Below are positions 37,765 through 49,094 of a stretch of DNA of 64,000 bases, piece after piece. Position 1 is the first letter of the stretch. Each line of letters starts with the position of its first letter. The position numbers and the translations under genes are program-made. Source of the stretch: Eledone cirrhosa (taxonomy: Eukaryota); contig OZ024743.1 of the NCBI GenBank assembly GCA_964016885.1, positions 313,658,001 to 313,722,000 of the forward strand, written 5' to 3'. The notes under the pieces were generated by a model, which saw only the letters and a list, made by a program, of their open reading frames with translations, was not told the origin of the DNA and did no database searches.

Positions 37765-40700
37765 ATGGCCATAAGAGTAGGAAGTTTAAATGTTCGTGGC
37801 CTGGGGTCGCCCTGGAAGCAAGGTCACTTGCTCAACGACCTCAGGTCACTAGGAATGGATGTAATTGCCATCAGCGAGACCAGAATTTCCGACACACGCG
37901 CACTGGCGCCGATTTTCGACGATTATCAGATCTTTGCATCTGTTAGTCGGCCGGGAATGGGAGGTGGAGTGGCTGTGCTGTTTAGGAAATGTCTGGATCT
38001 CGAGGTAAGGTCAATCTTCCGGGATCCTGACGGAAAGTTGGTGGTCCTGGACGTGAGCAATAGCGAAGGTGGTGCCTTTAGACTGGTGGCCGTCTACGCC
38101 CCTACTGGGGCCGGTCGGCCGGACTTCTTTAGGCGCCTGGAAAACTTTCTGCTTACGTCTCGCCCTTTACTGTTAATAGGGGATTGGAATGGCATCTTAG
38201 AAGCACGCTGGGATTGTGTGGGAGTATCTGATAGGAGCGGGGGGTGCAAAAGCCTCAAGTACCTGATCAGCCAGTTTCAACTGTCTGACAGGTACCGACT
38301 AGATTTCCCTAATGCGCCAGTATGGACCTGGACCAATCGCATAGGGTCATCTAGATCGTACATAGATAGGATTTTCATTAGGAAAAGAGATAGAAATAGT
38401 GTAGGATGTCCACATTTTAAAACGGTTGCCTATTCAGATCACAAGCTTGTGATCTGTATGGTCGACCTAGATAAGACACGTAGGTTAGGACCTAGCTACT
38501 GGAAGCTAAACATGTCGTTTCCGGCACGTAAAGCTTACAGGGACCGGGTCAACAACTTAGTTAAGCAAAAGTTGACAGGGGGGGTTGTCAACAACAGGTG
38601 GTGGGGGGCACTCAAAAGAGAGATTAGAGCAACCTCGATAGGATTTAGCAAAGAAGTAGCAATAGAGAAAAATAGAAAGGAGGAGGGGCTGATAGCTAAG
38701 TTAGACGAGGCTATTTGTAGTGGCATTGCAACAGACGTGCTAGCGGCGAGAATGGCACTAGACCATTTCTTCAATGCGAAACACGAAGGTTGCATTGTCA
38801 GAGCTAAGGCGCGTGCTCTGAGGAACGAGGGAACCAAAGCTGCCCGATGGGCTCGCTTTGCAGAGACGCAGCGTGGAAATAAAACCACAATTCGGTCTTT
38901 GACGGATCGAGATGGACACGAACTGAGCGATTCCAAGCAGATGTGTGAGGCCTTTCGCCAGCACTTTGCTCGATTGTTCGGGAGGATGGGTGAGTCGGAG
39001 ACGGCGGCGGACTTCAGTCCCTACCTCGACGGCTTGCCACGCCTCTCGACGGCCGACGCTGAGCGCTGCGAAGAGCCGATAACATCAGCCGAAATTCAGG
39101 ACGCCCTTGTCGGCTGCTCGAGTCGCAAGTCACCCGGTTTGGATGGTCTGCCCTACGAGCTTTACGTAAATATGCCAGACTTGTTCTCCGATCTCCTCGA
39201 AGCGCTCTACTGCAACTGGCAGCAGAACGGGAGCATTCCCAGTTCTGTGAGCCGTGGCGTAGTGACGCTGATAAGGAAAGACGAGAACAAGAGGGACACA
39301 CTAGATAATTTCAGGCCCATAACCCTGCTCAACACAGAGTTTAAGATTTTGGCCAAGGTGTTAGCGAAAAGGTTGGCGCTTGTCGTCAAAGATTTGGTTG
39401 GGGAGGCGCAAACTTGCGCAATCCCGACCAGGTCCATACACGACAACCTCCACCTCATGCGATACATCATAGAGAGGGTTGGGTGCAAACCTGGCTTCGG
39501 TGGGGCTCTGATCAATTTAGATCAATCGAAAGCATTCGATAGGGTCGACCATCGGTACTTGGAGGCTGTCCTCGAGGCGGCTGGCTTCGGCCCCGTCTTC
39601 AGAAGCTGGATCGCTGCAATGTACAGCGGCATCCGCTCGGTGGTCAAAGTTAATGGCCACCTCTCGGAACCGTTTCAGATCTCTCGATCGGTCCGTCAAG
39701 GGTGCCCTCTCTCCTCACTTCTGTACGTATTGACTCTTGAGCCTCTACTGCGGAAGCTGGAGTTGTTGCAGGGCATCCCGCTCGAACCGGGACGTAGAAA
39801 GGCTGCGTCCGCTTATGCGGACGACATCACCGTGATGGTGTCGGACACCTCGGAAATCGAGGTGATCCGCACCCATTTGGAGGAATATGAAAGGTTGACG
39901 GGAGCAAAACTTAACCCGGAAAAGTCGGTGGGCTTGCAGCTCGGCACCTGGAGAGGCAAGTCCATGCCGTCCAACAGCGTCGTTGGGCGCTGGACAGACG
40001 GACCGGTAAAGTTGCTCGGGGTTTGGTTCGGACCAGACCTCCAGGTGGATAAGAATTGGGACGAGGTGACGAGCAGGATAGCCAACCTCACCCAGAAATG
40101 GGCTGAGAGAAAGCTATCACTGAAAGGGCGGGCGGAGGTGGCGAACGCGTACATCGCGTCCGTCATCTACTACCGCCTGACCGTCGTGCCTTGCCCCCGT
40201 CCACGCCTCGCCAATTTGGAACGGCTCCTTTTCAAATTTTTGTGGAGGGGACGGGTCCCGTTGGTGAGGCGGTCCATCTGCTGCCAGCACCCTCTTCGTG
40301 GAGGGCTGGGCATGCCGTGGCTAATGATGCGCAGACATGCGCTGAGGCTGCGACATCTCCAGATATTTTGCCTAAACGGTGAACAGGTGTGGTCGCCGTT
40401 TGTTAGACGGGCCTTTCCGCAGCTCATCTCTTTGACTGAGCTGCAGTCCTGGGTCAAGAAGAGACCGAGACTGGGCGACTGGCATCTGGAATGTTGCCAG
40501 GCGCTCACTGCACTCTGCAAGGTGGGCAATGCGGTCAGTGGAACTTCCACTCAAGATTTCTATAGAGGATTAGTGGAGGGCAAGTGCGATGACGTACTAG
40601 GAGAGGCTCTGGGCGTCAACGAAGTAGAACTGACCAGTATGTTCCGGAGGACTTTCGAGCCGGGGACGATGGATAACTTCCAGAAATCCCTCGCTTGGCA

Positions 40701-41184
40701 GTGCTACCGGGGGGCGCTGCCGGTTCGGGATAAACTCTACAGGCACGGAAGTGCTGTCAGACGAACCTGCCCGAGATGCGCGCAGAGCGACGAAACCGTT
40801 CTGCACGCACTCGTCCAGTGTCCGTGCATTGCTGACTTGTGGGGTTATGTCGAACAGCTATTGTCGCGTGTAGAACGGATCCGGCTATCGTCCGAGTCCA
40901 TAGTGAAGATTGACCCGCCGCCTTCTTTTGGTCAGGAAGGGCAGGCAATTTTCCTCTGCCTGGTGGCAGTAGCGAAAGAGGTTGCATGGTGGACCAGGTT
41001 GAAAGGACTGAAGACAGACACTTTTCTCTTCGGCCAATCCCTCATCAACTTCTTCAAGTTTCACTTGGAAAGGAAGGTGAGGGTGGAGAGAGAAGTGCTG
41101 CCCCCCAGTACATTTACTGAAAGGTGGGTGAATGTGGCGAGAATGGCCCGCGTGAGTGGGCCTACTCTGATCATGCGCCTGTAG
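37765..41184 (+). CDS. Tx1 ORF2: APE endonuclease, reverse transcriptase, zinc finger
   Basis: 1139 aa; NVRGL, SET, VYAP, GDWN, IDR, SDH; LDQSKAFDRV, QGCPLS, YADD; CPRC..ETVLHALVQC. Confidence 0.96.
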   Translation: MAIRVGSLNVRGLGSPWKQGHLLNDLRSLGMDVIAISETRISDTRALAPIFDDYQIFASVSRPGMGGGVAVLFRKCLDLEVRSIFRDPDGKLVVLDVSNSEGGAFRLVAVYAPTGAGRPDFFRRLENFLLTSRPLLLIGDWNGILEARWDCVGVSDRSGGCKSLKYLISQFQLSDRYRLDFPNAPVWTWTNRIGSSRSYIDRIFIRKRDRNSVGCPHFKTVAYSDHKLVICMVDLDKTRRLGPSYWKLNMSFPARKAYRDRVNNLVKQKLTGGVVNNRWWGALKREIRATSIGFSKEVAIEKNRKEEGLIAKLDEAICSGIATDVLAARMALDHFFNAKHEGCIVRAKARALRNEGTKAARWARFAETQRGNKTTIRSLTDRDGHELSDSKQMCEAFRQHFARLFGRMGESETAADFSPYLDGLPRLSTADAERCEEPITSAEIQDALVGCSSRKSPGLDGLPYELYVNMPDLFSDLLEALYCNWQQNGSIPSSVSRGVVTLIRKDENKRDTLDNFRPITLLNTEFKILAKVLAKRLALVVKDLVGEAQTCAIPTRSIHDNLHLMRYIIERVGCKPGFGGALINLDQSKAFDRVDHRYLEAVLEAAGFGPVFRSWIAAMYSGIRSVVKVNGHLSEPFQISRSVRQGCPLSSLLYVLTLEPLLRKLELLQGIPLEPGRRKAASAYADDITVMVSDTSEIEVIRTHLEEYERLTGAKLNPEKSVGLQLGTWRGKSMPSNSVVGRWTDGPVKLLGVWFGPDLQVDKNWDEVTSRIANLTQKWAERKLSLKGRAEVANAYIASVIYYRLTVVPCPRPRLANLERLLFKFLWRGRVPLVRRSICCQHPLRGGLGMPWLMMRRHALRLRHLQIFCLNGEQVWSPFVRRAFPQLISLTELQSWVKKRPRLGDWHLECCQALTALCKVGNAVSGTSTQDFYRGLVEGKCDDVLGEALGVNEVELTSMFRRTFEPGTMDNFQKSLAWQCYRGALPVRDKLYRHGSAVRRTCPRCAQSDETVLHALVQCPCIADLWGYVEQLLSRVERIRLSSESIVKIDPPPSFGQEGQAIFLCLVAVAKEVAWWTRLKGLKTDTFLFGQSLINFFKFHLERKVRVEREVLPPSTFTERWVNVARMARVSGPTLIMRL

Positions 41185-41542
41185 GCTGGTGAATTCGAGA
41201 AGGAGAGGGGTGCCCTTCCCGGGTGCCCTAGGAGCGTCGGGTGGCTCAGGACTGGTGGGGTGCTTGAGTCAACCCTGGGTGGTGATCCCTCTTATTGGGG
41301 AACTTTCATTGTTGTATTTTTATTGTTATTTTGTTTTTTTTGTTATTTATACTTACTCGATCTCTATGTAAACCCCCACTGTCCCTGTCTATTGTGTTGT
41401 CCCCTATATGTCGGCCCTTGTGGCCAATAAATGAAATCATTATTATTATTATTATTGTTATTGTTATTCCTTGAATCTCAGTCATTGATGTTGGTTAACT
41501 GGAAAGTCCGTTGGATTGAATATCAAGCCACTACCTGCAGCC

Positions 41543-44500
41543 TCAGATATTCAGGACGTATCGGAGGGTTCTTGCCGTTCCAAGCAAGCATGCCTTTTGA
41601 AGCGTTCCAAAAAGCGTGAAGGGGCCGATTTTCTTTAACCATCCCTGGAAACCTTTGGAGATAGTCCCCAGTGCGCCTATGACAATCGGGATCACTTTGA
41701 CTTCATGGCAGTTCCAAATCCTTTTCACCTCCCACTTTAGGTCCTGGTATCGGTTAATTTTCTCCCTCTCCTTCTCTTGCACTCTCGTGTCGAACGGGCA
41801 GGCCACATCCACAATCAGGCACGATCTTTTTTCTTTGTCCACAACCACCAGGTCAGGTCTATTGTGTTCCAGTTTTTTGTCCGTCTGTATCCTAAAATCC
41901 CACAGCACCTTCACCTGACTGTTCTCCATCACCGCCTCTGGCCTATGCTCATACCATTTCTCAGAATGTGGTAGATTGTTTACTTTGCACAGGTGCCAGT
42001 GGATCACCCTGCCCATCACATCGTGTCTCCAGCCCTTATAGTGGGTCTGGGCTAGGTGTTTACACTCGGACACAATGTGAGCCACAGTCTCCTCTCTCTC
42101 TCCACAGATCCTGCACAGTGGGCTAGCCTCCTCCTTGTAGATATGGTGCTTCAACCACTTCGTTTTGAGGGCCTGCTCCTGCGCAGCCATTAGCATTCCT
42201 TCTGTAGCCTTTTTGAGGTCTCCTCTTCTCAACCAGTTCCATGTCTGTGGATCTCTAAATTCAGTTTTCTCAAAGAAGGTACTATGAAGGGATTTTCCCT
42301 TAAGGCTGCTCTTCCTCCTTGGGTATCCCCTGGCCTACTGTCCCCTCCTTCAGTACAGCTCTGAGCATTGGCTCCTTACTATAGGTCACGTATTTGTATA
42401 GGTTGTTTTTCTCCATCTGAACACAGTCCTCCATGCTGATAAGACCTCTTCCACCCTCAGATCTCCTTAGGTAGAGTCTATCGACATCACTCCTCTTGTG
42501 GAACATGTTGTAGATAGTCAATAGCTTCCTAGTCTTCCTATCCATTTCTTTTTGTTCAGCAACATTCCATCTCAGAATTCCCGCACTGTACCTAATAATA
42601 GACACAGCTCGGGAATTTACTGCGCTTATGGCATTTCTGCTGTTCAGATGTGACTTCAATACGCTCCTTACTCTCCGAATGTATTCAGTTCTTAACAATT
42701 CCTTCATTTTTTTGTTCTTTATGCCATCAGCCTCCAGAACGCCCAAATACTTGTATCCTTCCTGAGAGTCAATTTCCTTTATCATCTCACCTGTTGGTAT
42801 CTGGATCCCGTTACTTCTGCTCAACCTACCCCTCCTCATCACAATGACTCCACATTTACCAATACCAAACTGCATACATATATCACTGCTGAAAATACGG
42901 ACAGTGTCAACAAGCATATCCAACTCCTTCTCACTTTTCCCGAAGAGCTTAAGATCGTCCATGAAGAGGAGGTGATTGATGGTAAGCTCTCCCCTTCCCA
43001 ACTTGTATCCTGCTCTCACTTTTCGCAGCATAATGGTCAAGGGCATCAGGGCAAGGACAAACAACAGAGGGGACAGGCTATCTCCCTGGAAGATACCTCT
43101 CTTGATCTTCACGCTTCCCAAGGATACTCCAGTTGACGTCAACTCTGTCTCCCAGGACCCCATACTCCTGCCCAGCAACTGTCTGATGTTATCTGCCACC
43201 CTGAAGATCTCCAGGCTTTTGGTGATCCAGGAATGAGGCACCATGTCAAATGCCTTTCTGTAGTCTATCCATCCCATGGCAAGATCAGTGTGTCTCCTCC
43301 TGCAATTCCCCATTACCATCTTATCAATAAGCAACTGGTCCTTTGTACCACGTGACTTCTTTCGGCATCCTTTCTGTTCGTCCGGCAACAAGTTGTTTGT
43401 GTGGAGGTGATGGTAGATTTCCTCAGACACAATGCTCGTCAACAGTTTCCACATTACGGGCAGACATGTGATAGGTCTATAGTTGGTAACATCATTACCC
43501 TTGATTCGGTCTTTCATTATCAGAACTGTGGTACCTTTTGTCAACCACTCTGGCACCTCACCCGACACCAAGCAGTCATTGAACATGGCCGTCAGCTTCG
43601 GGTGGAGGGATGTTAAATGTTTAATCCAATACCCCTGCACACCATCTGGGCCTGGTGATTTCCAGTTGGTTAGTTTTTTGGCTTGCCCCTTAAGAGTTTC
43701 AACTGTGATACTCAAATCAGTCTGTTGCTGTGCCTGCTCACCGATCTCCCTCTGTACTGTCTCAATCCACCCTGCCTGGGCATTGTGTCTAACATCCTGC
43801 TCCCATATTCCTCTCCAGAATGTTTTAGCTTGTTCCGCCCCAGGGATCAAGTCGGTGCCTCTTTCTTTCCCCTCAAGCTGTCCAAACAGCATCTTCTGGT
43901 TGTTGTCGAACATGCGGTTCTGTTTATACTGACTGACTCTGTTCTCGTATCGCCTGATTTTGGCACTCTTTGCTACAATGCGTTGCTTCAATTCCTCTAT
44001 GATACTATTTAGCTTTTTACTCCTAGTTTTGTATTTTATTTCCAGTCTATTTTTAGTGCCTATGTTTTTTAGTGTCCCATTCAGTAGTGACTCAAGCTTT
44101 CCTATGTCATTTCTCATTTCCCCGATTTGCCCACTCAGTCGCTTCTTCCACCACGGCTCTGCTCTTTCTTGTCTGTTGTTTCCTCTCGCTTTTATACCAA
44201 GTAGTTTCCTCACCGTATTTGCTGTTGCTTTGAGGATATTGTTGCACTGGTGAAGACTCCTCGCCTCAAGGTATGGGATGACTTTGTTTACCTTAGCTGT
44301 TGTTTCTTTTAACTTTTTCCTGTCTACAAATCTTAGGTTCATAGGTCTCCCACTATCATTGTTCAACTCATCTACCACTAAATTTAGGATGTCAACCGAA
44401 TCTTGTCCTAGCCCGTCAGCATTCATCTCCTCAGTGGCCGTATCTCTGTTCCAGGTATTATTTATCTCAGTATTCAGATCATTGTCTGCTTCGGGTGGTT

Positions 44501-44918
44501 CCTCCGCTCTCAGGACCTCCTCACCTTCATTTCCCGCCGGCTCGCTTGTCTGGCATACTACACCCGCCATCTCCAAGCCATTCTCTCTGCTCAGTTCCTC
44601 CAGTTCCAGCTCGCTTATCCACCCATTAGTTCTTATTACCCGAGCCTGCCCGGCCAATTTTTGTTCATCTAATTTAAATAAACCAATCTCGTTCCAGATG
44701 TTATGCATCCGTCTCCTGTAGCCCCTCTCCTTGGGGTTACTTTTCAGGTAGCATTGCATAACAGTTCTATTCAATTCTTTCGTCCAGTTGGTTCTGGCCC
44801 CTTTCCTTCTTCTTCTTCCTCCAACATCAGCAGTATTTCGTTGACAGTCAGGTTCCTGCTGCTGAGCCAGGGGGCACCTGTTGGGTGAGAGTCTGTCACA
44901 TGACGTTCTAGTCTCCAT
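41543..44918 (-). pseudogene. R4/Dong family 1 polyprotein broken by a 17-nt deletion at ~42320
   Basis: 872-aa and 229-aa ORFs; comparison with 29890-29935 shows loss of atgttatttcctccttg. Confidence 0.9.
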
Positions 44919-45487
44919 TTCACCGTTATTCGAACTGTTTATGTTCGATATTTAAACACTCTTATCGAGGATTGGCGAATGTATGTTTACATAGCCATCT
45001 GTGGATCCGCCATCCCACTTGGCCCTTGTGTGGCATTATCACCACGCTGTATACGGACACACATAAACAAACAAACACACGGGCAGAAAGGGCCCCAAAA
45101 ATGAATAAGCATAAGTTTCATTGTAATGTAGTATTCGAATGTCTGACTTAGTTTTTGTTTTTTAAGTTTTACTTTTTCCCCCCTCTTCTCTGTCCGTCCG
45201 CCTGCTTCTCTCTTCATTCTTATTTTCTTTACGTTTTTGGGGTTTCTTTTTTTGTTTTTGTTTTTCTCTGTTTTTCTCGTTTTTTACTGTTGTTGCTGTG
45301 CTGCTTTTGTTGTTTGTTTTTTCTTTTTTCTTTTGAGTCTATCTATATATTTTGATGCCTTCCTCTTTGTTAGTAGTAGGAATTCTATAATGTGGAAGTG
45401 GTAGCCAGCAGAGACTAGCGGCGTTGGCGATACTGAGACAGTGGTGGCGGTGATGTCGATACCGAGGCAGTGGTGGCGGTGATGCGA

Positions 45488-46137
45488 CCGTATTACTGTA
45501 GTGATGGTGCTGTAGCGGTGGCAGCAGCAGTGAAGGAGTCAGGGGGTGGTGGCGGCGGTGATGGGATAGTGGTGGTAATGATGGCCGTAGTGAGCGGTGG
45601 CGGTGAAGGTGAAAATGCTGTTGTGTTTAGTGTACACAGATGATGGGGTGGGTGGTGTATCTAGTTTCTGGTGTTGGTGAGTTTCGCTGTCCTATATAGT
45701 GTAGCCAGAGGAGAGGAGGGGGGGGGGGTTCTTCTTCTTCCATTTATAGCCATTTTATTTTTTTTTTTTGGATATACAGTGTACAATACAAAGTTGAATA
45801 TTTGAATATTTGAGCCGTATTACTGTAGTGATGGTGCTGTAGCGGTGGCAGCAGCAGTGAAGGAGTCAAGGGGTGGTGGCGGCGGTGATGGGATAGTGGT
45901 GGTAATGATGGCCGTAGTGAGCGGTGGCGGTGAAGGTGAAAATGCTGTTGTGTTTAGTGTACACAGATGATGGGGTGGGCGGTGTATCTAGTTTCTGGTG
46001 TTGGTGAGTTTAGCTGTCCTATATAGTGTAGCCAGAGGAGAGGAGGGGGGGTTCTTCTTCTTCCATTTATAGCCATTTTTTTTTTTTTTTTTGGATATAC
46101 AGTGTACAATACAAAGTTGAATATTTGAATATTTGAG
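45488..46137. repeat. Tandem duplication of ~325 bp (45488-45814 / 45815-46137)
   Basis: Two near-identical units starting ccgtattactgtagtgatgg and ending aatatttgag. Confidence 0.92.
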
Positions 46138-46304
46138 CCTTATAACAATATATTTTGGGTCCGAATTTTTTGGGGCTCAAGCCGGGTGCTTTACGTAGCA
46201 TTTGTACTAAGAGTTGTTATTTCACAAATGATTTAAATATGTTAAAAATTCAAAACTTACGGGAGAGATTTCATGACCTCCGTCACCTCGTGCGTCTTCT
46301 TCCC

Positions 46305-46397
<93 letters not shown>

Positions 46398-46855
46398 TAG
46401 ATTAAACGTTTCTTGCTTTCGCCCTAATCAAAGATCTGAAACTGACAAAAATTAATCTGTAGACGCAGAAATAAATATTTCAAAAACATTACGACCAAAT
46501 ATTGCCTTTAGAAAACAGGAAGATATGACGGTTGTATGTGAAGACGTTCTCTTGCGATGGGCAAAACGTATGCAAGGATAATTACGGCATTGTGTGGGGC
46601 GAGAAGAAGAAATTCTTGCTCTGAAAAAAACATGTTCTTATGAAAAAATCTGGATACTAATATTCATTTTAGTATAGCCAGATGATGTCCAACTGCCATA
46701 TATTGAACATGATGTTCTAGCAACCAGCCTACTTGCCGTAAGCAACTAATCACATTCTTTCTAACTTGACCCCTGCCACGTCACCCATTCTTAGCCATTT
46801 TTTAAATCTATTTCTGGCGCGATCGCTTTGGAAAATTAACTGTCCTATTGAGTTT

Positions 46856-46932
46856 GTCTCCTGATGAGTTCGATACTCGAGATTTATCCTTACTAGGATA
46901 TCTCAAAATACGAACGAAACCCTGGTAGGGAT
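46856..46932 (+). ncRNA. Type I hammerhead ribozyme motif
   Basis: gtctc-CTGATGA-gttcg...cgaac-GAAAC-cctg-GTA-gggat; inner helix gagat/atctc. Confidence 0.8.
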
Positions 46933-47409
46933 TTAATTACGGTATGTGCACATTTCTTTTAACTTTAAATTTATACCTAATTGTGTATGGTTGACGATAT
47001 ATTTGGTCAGTTTCTACATGCTGTTGAAATGTTGGGTAAATACTCTATTGTGGTCAACCGCGAAGAGGCTGCTTTCGGTTATTTATCAAATATTTCTTCA
47101 TAAGAGCCTTTATTCATATAGCCTGGTCTAATTGATTTTTATATGGTTAATTATGCTAATTGGTAGAGGAAATTCTATATATTTTATCTAATAATTCTAG
47201 GGACATGATTTATGATATATAAATATATATATATATACGGGGTAACAGATTATTGTTATAGGTAGTTCACTTAAGTGTAGTCCAGTTATGGTATTCCGAG
47301 TTGTGGATGATATCAACGCTTGGCTAAGTTTGACTCAACAAGGCGTTTCCATAGTGATGCCGTGAGTACGCGGTAATTTCTATGTTGTAAACACTTGGAG
47401 TAATGATAA

Positions 47410-47489
47410 ATCAGGAAAGAAGAGTGACACGGTTTGCTATACAAAAAACCCTTTTTGTATAGCAAACCGTGTCACTCTTCTTTCCTGAT
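47410..47489. repeat. Perfect 38-bp-arm palindrome with 4-nt loop
   Basis: atcaggaaagaagagtgacacggtttgctatacaaaaa-accc-tttttgtatagcaaaccgtgtcactcttctttcctgat. Confidence 0.95.
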
Positions 47490-47778
47490 ATATATATATA
47501 TATATATTTATGTAGAAGTTATAATTAATTTGTTGGGATACAACAAGCAAATATTTTTATAACTGATATAAAGCACTCATATACAACTGATATAAAGCAC
47601 TATCTGGGAGCTTCCAACAGACATGGTCGCATTCTTTTAAGGGTATGTCAATATTTGTTTATAAAACTGATCTATATTATATTTTATCTGATGAAAGCGC
47701 ACCATAATTTGCTTTGGTGTACTTGAAATATGTATAATGAAATAAATATGGTTTTATAAATATAGTTTCCATTTGTTA

Positions 47779-47829
<51 letters not shown>

Positions 47830-47974
47830 ATTCACAGGGATAGGTTTCAAATGGTTATATTTCTATTTGTATATTACCATTTGTTCTATTTGTAAATAAT
47901 CCCAGCTTGAATAATCACTTATTCATAATTTGTTCAATCTGAAACAAAAAAAAAAAGAATACTATGTTAATAAA

Positions 47975-48587
47975 GAATGAAACCCTACAGGTGTAATTGC
48001 TGAATTATTCCGCATCGGCAAAAGTGCTGGGGGTATTGTTAGAGCCCCAAAATATGCCAAATCTATTGTTTTTAGAGTTGTAGCCGATTTGAAGAAAAGT
48101 GAGAATGTTCAGCGAAAGCCTCACAGTCCTTGAAGTGATCGAAAACGCACACTCCGCTTCTTAGCAGGATTTAAAAGATCGATTAAAAGATGGATTGAGT
48201 CGAATCCATCAAAATCTTTCGCGAAGTTGCCTCAAGTTCGATGTGTCAGTAACATGACTGTTTCTGTGAGACAAGGCCTCCATACAAAATCGTACGCGGG
48301 GCACACCATAACATCATAATTACCCACACAAAAGCCATTCGAGCTGAAAGAATCCCAAACTTCTTAGTCATCTGAAACATCGTAGAGGAGAAGTCACCAT
48401 CTTCCTGGATGAAAAGAAGTTCGTGGTAGACGAATTTGCCTGCAAAACTCACGAGTGACAGCGTATAATCTTTTGAGATGTTGTAAGTGATAGGAAATTG
48501 AAGCCTCCTCATTTTATTGAAGAGGTCCTTAAAATCAATGCAGCAGAGTATCCCAAACTCTTAGAAGAAATTTTGTTGCCTTGGACT
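47975..48587 (+). pseudogene. Tc1/mariner (maT/DD37D-like) transposase remnant
   Basis: VIAELFRIGKS..IVR...YAKSIVFRVV (HTH), IFLDEKKFVVD (first catalytic D), HFIEEVLKINAAEY..LLEEILLPW. Confidence 0.7.
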
Positions 48588-49073
48588 AGGAGAGGCGGTT
48601 TTCTTTTGTGTGATAGCTATGGCGAAAGAGGTTGTATGGTGGACAAGGTTGAAAGGGCTGAGGTCAGACACCTTTCTCTCCGGCCAACAACTGATTCATT
48701 TTTTCAAATACCACTTTGGAAGAAGAATCAGGATGGAGAGAGAGAGAGGTGCTGTAGCCCAACAAGTTTTATGAAAGATGGCTGAAAGTGGCGAGAATGG
48801 CCCGAGTGAATGGGCCTTCTCTCTATATCAGCCTGTAGGTTGAGGAAAAAGTGGAGGAGAGGAAAGGAGTACGAACTCTTCGTACTCCTGGAGGGTTGCA
48901 CGTTTTTTTTCGGGGGTATGTGTTACCCATATGTAATGTCTCCCGCTATTGGAGAACATCAACTAATATTTAAATTGCATTTGTGATAATATTTTACAAG
49001 TTTTTATTGTATGTAAACTTCCCCCTTTGTATTTGTCCCCTTCTTTTGTGCCCCTGTGGCTAATAAAGAAACA
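48588..49073 (+). mobile_element. Diverged 3' fragment of (TATC)n-associated Tx1 family
   Basis: Homologous to ORF2 end and 3' UTR of downstream copies; ends gtggctaataaagaaaca(TATC)n. Confidence 0.85.
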
Positions 49074-49094
49074 TATCTATCTATCTATCTATCT

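Larger units (their letters stand above)
35663..41438 (+). mobile_element. Full-length intact Tx1-clade LINE (copy B) in (ATT)n
   Basis: Two intact ORFs, AATAAA and (ATT)n tail, (ATT)n upstream. Confidence 0.95.
41463..46304 (-). mobile_element. Apparently full-length R4/Dong family 1 element with ~1.4-kb leader
   Basis: ORF 44918-41543 plus upstream sequence running to the (TTA)n tract at 46305; the leader's membership of the element is inferred. Confidence 0.85.

Noticed and set aside
36292-44721. Long antisense and alternate-frame ORFs over the LINEs
   Set aside because: Shadows of real coding strands; they recur only because the copies are near-identical
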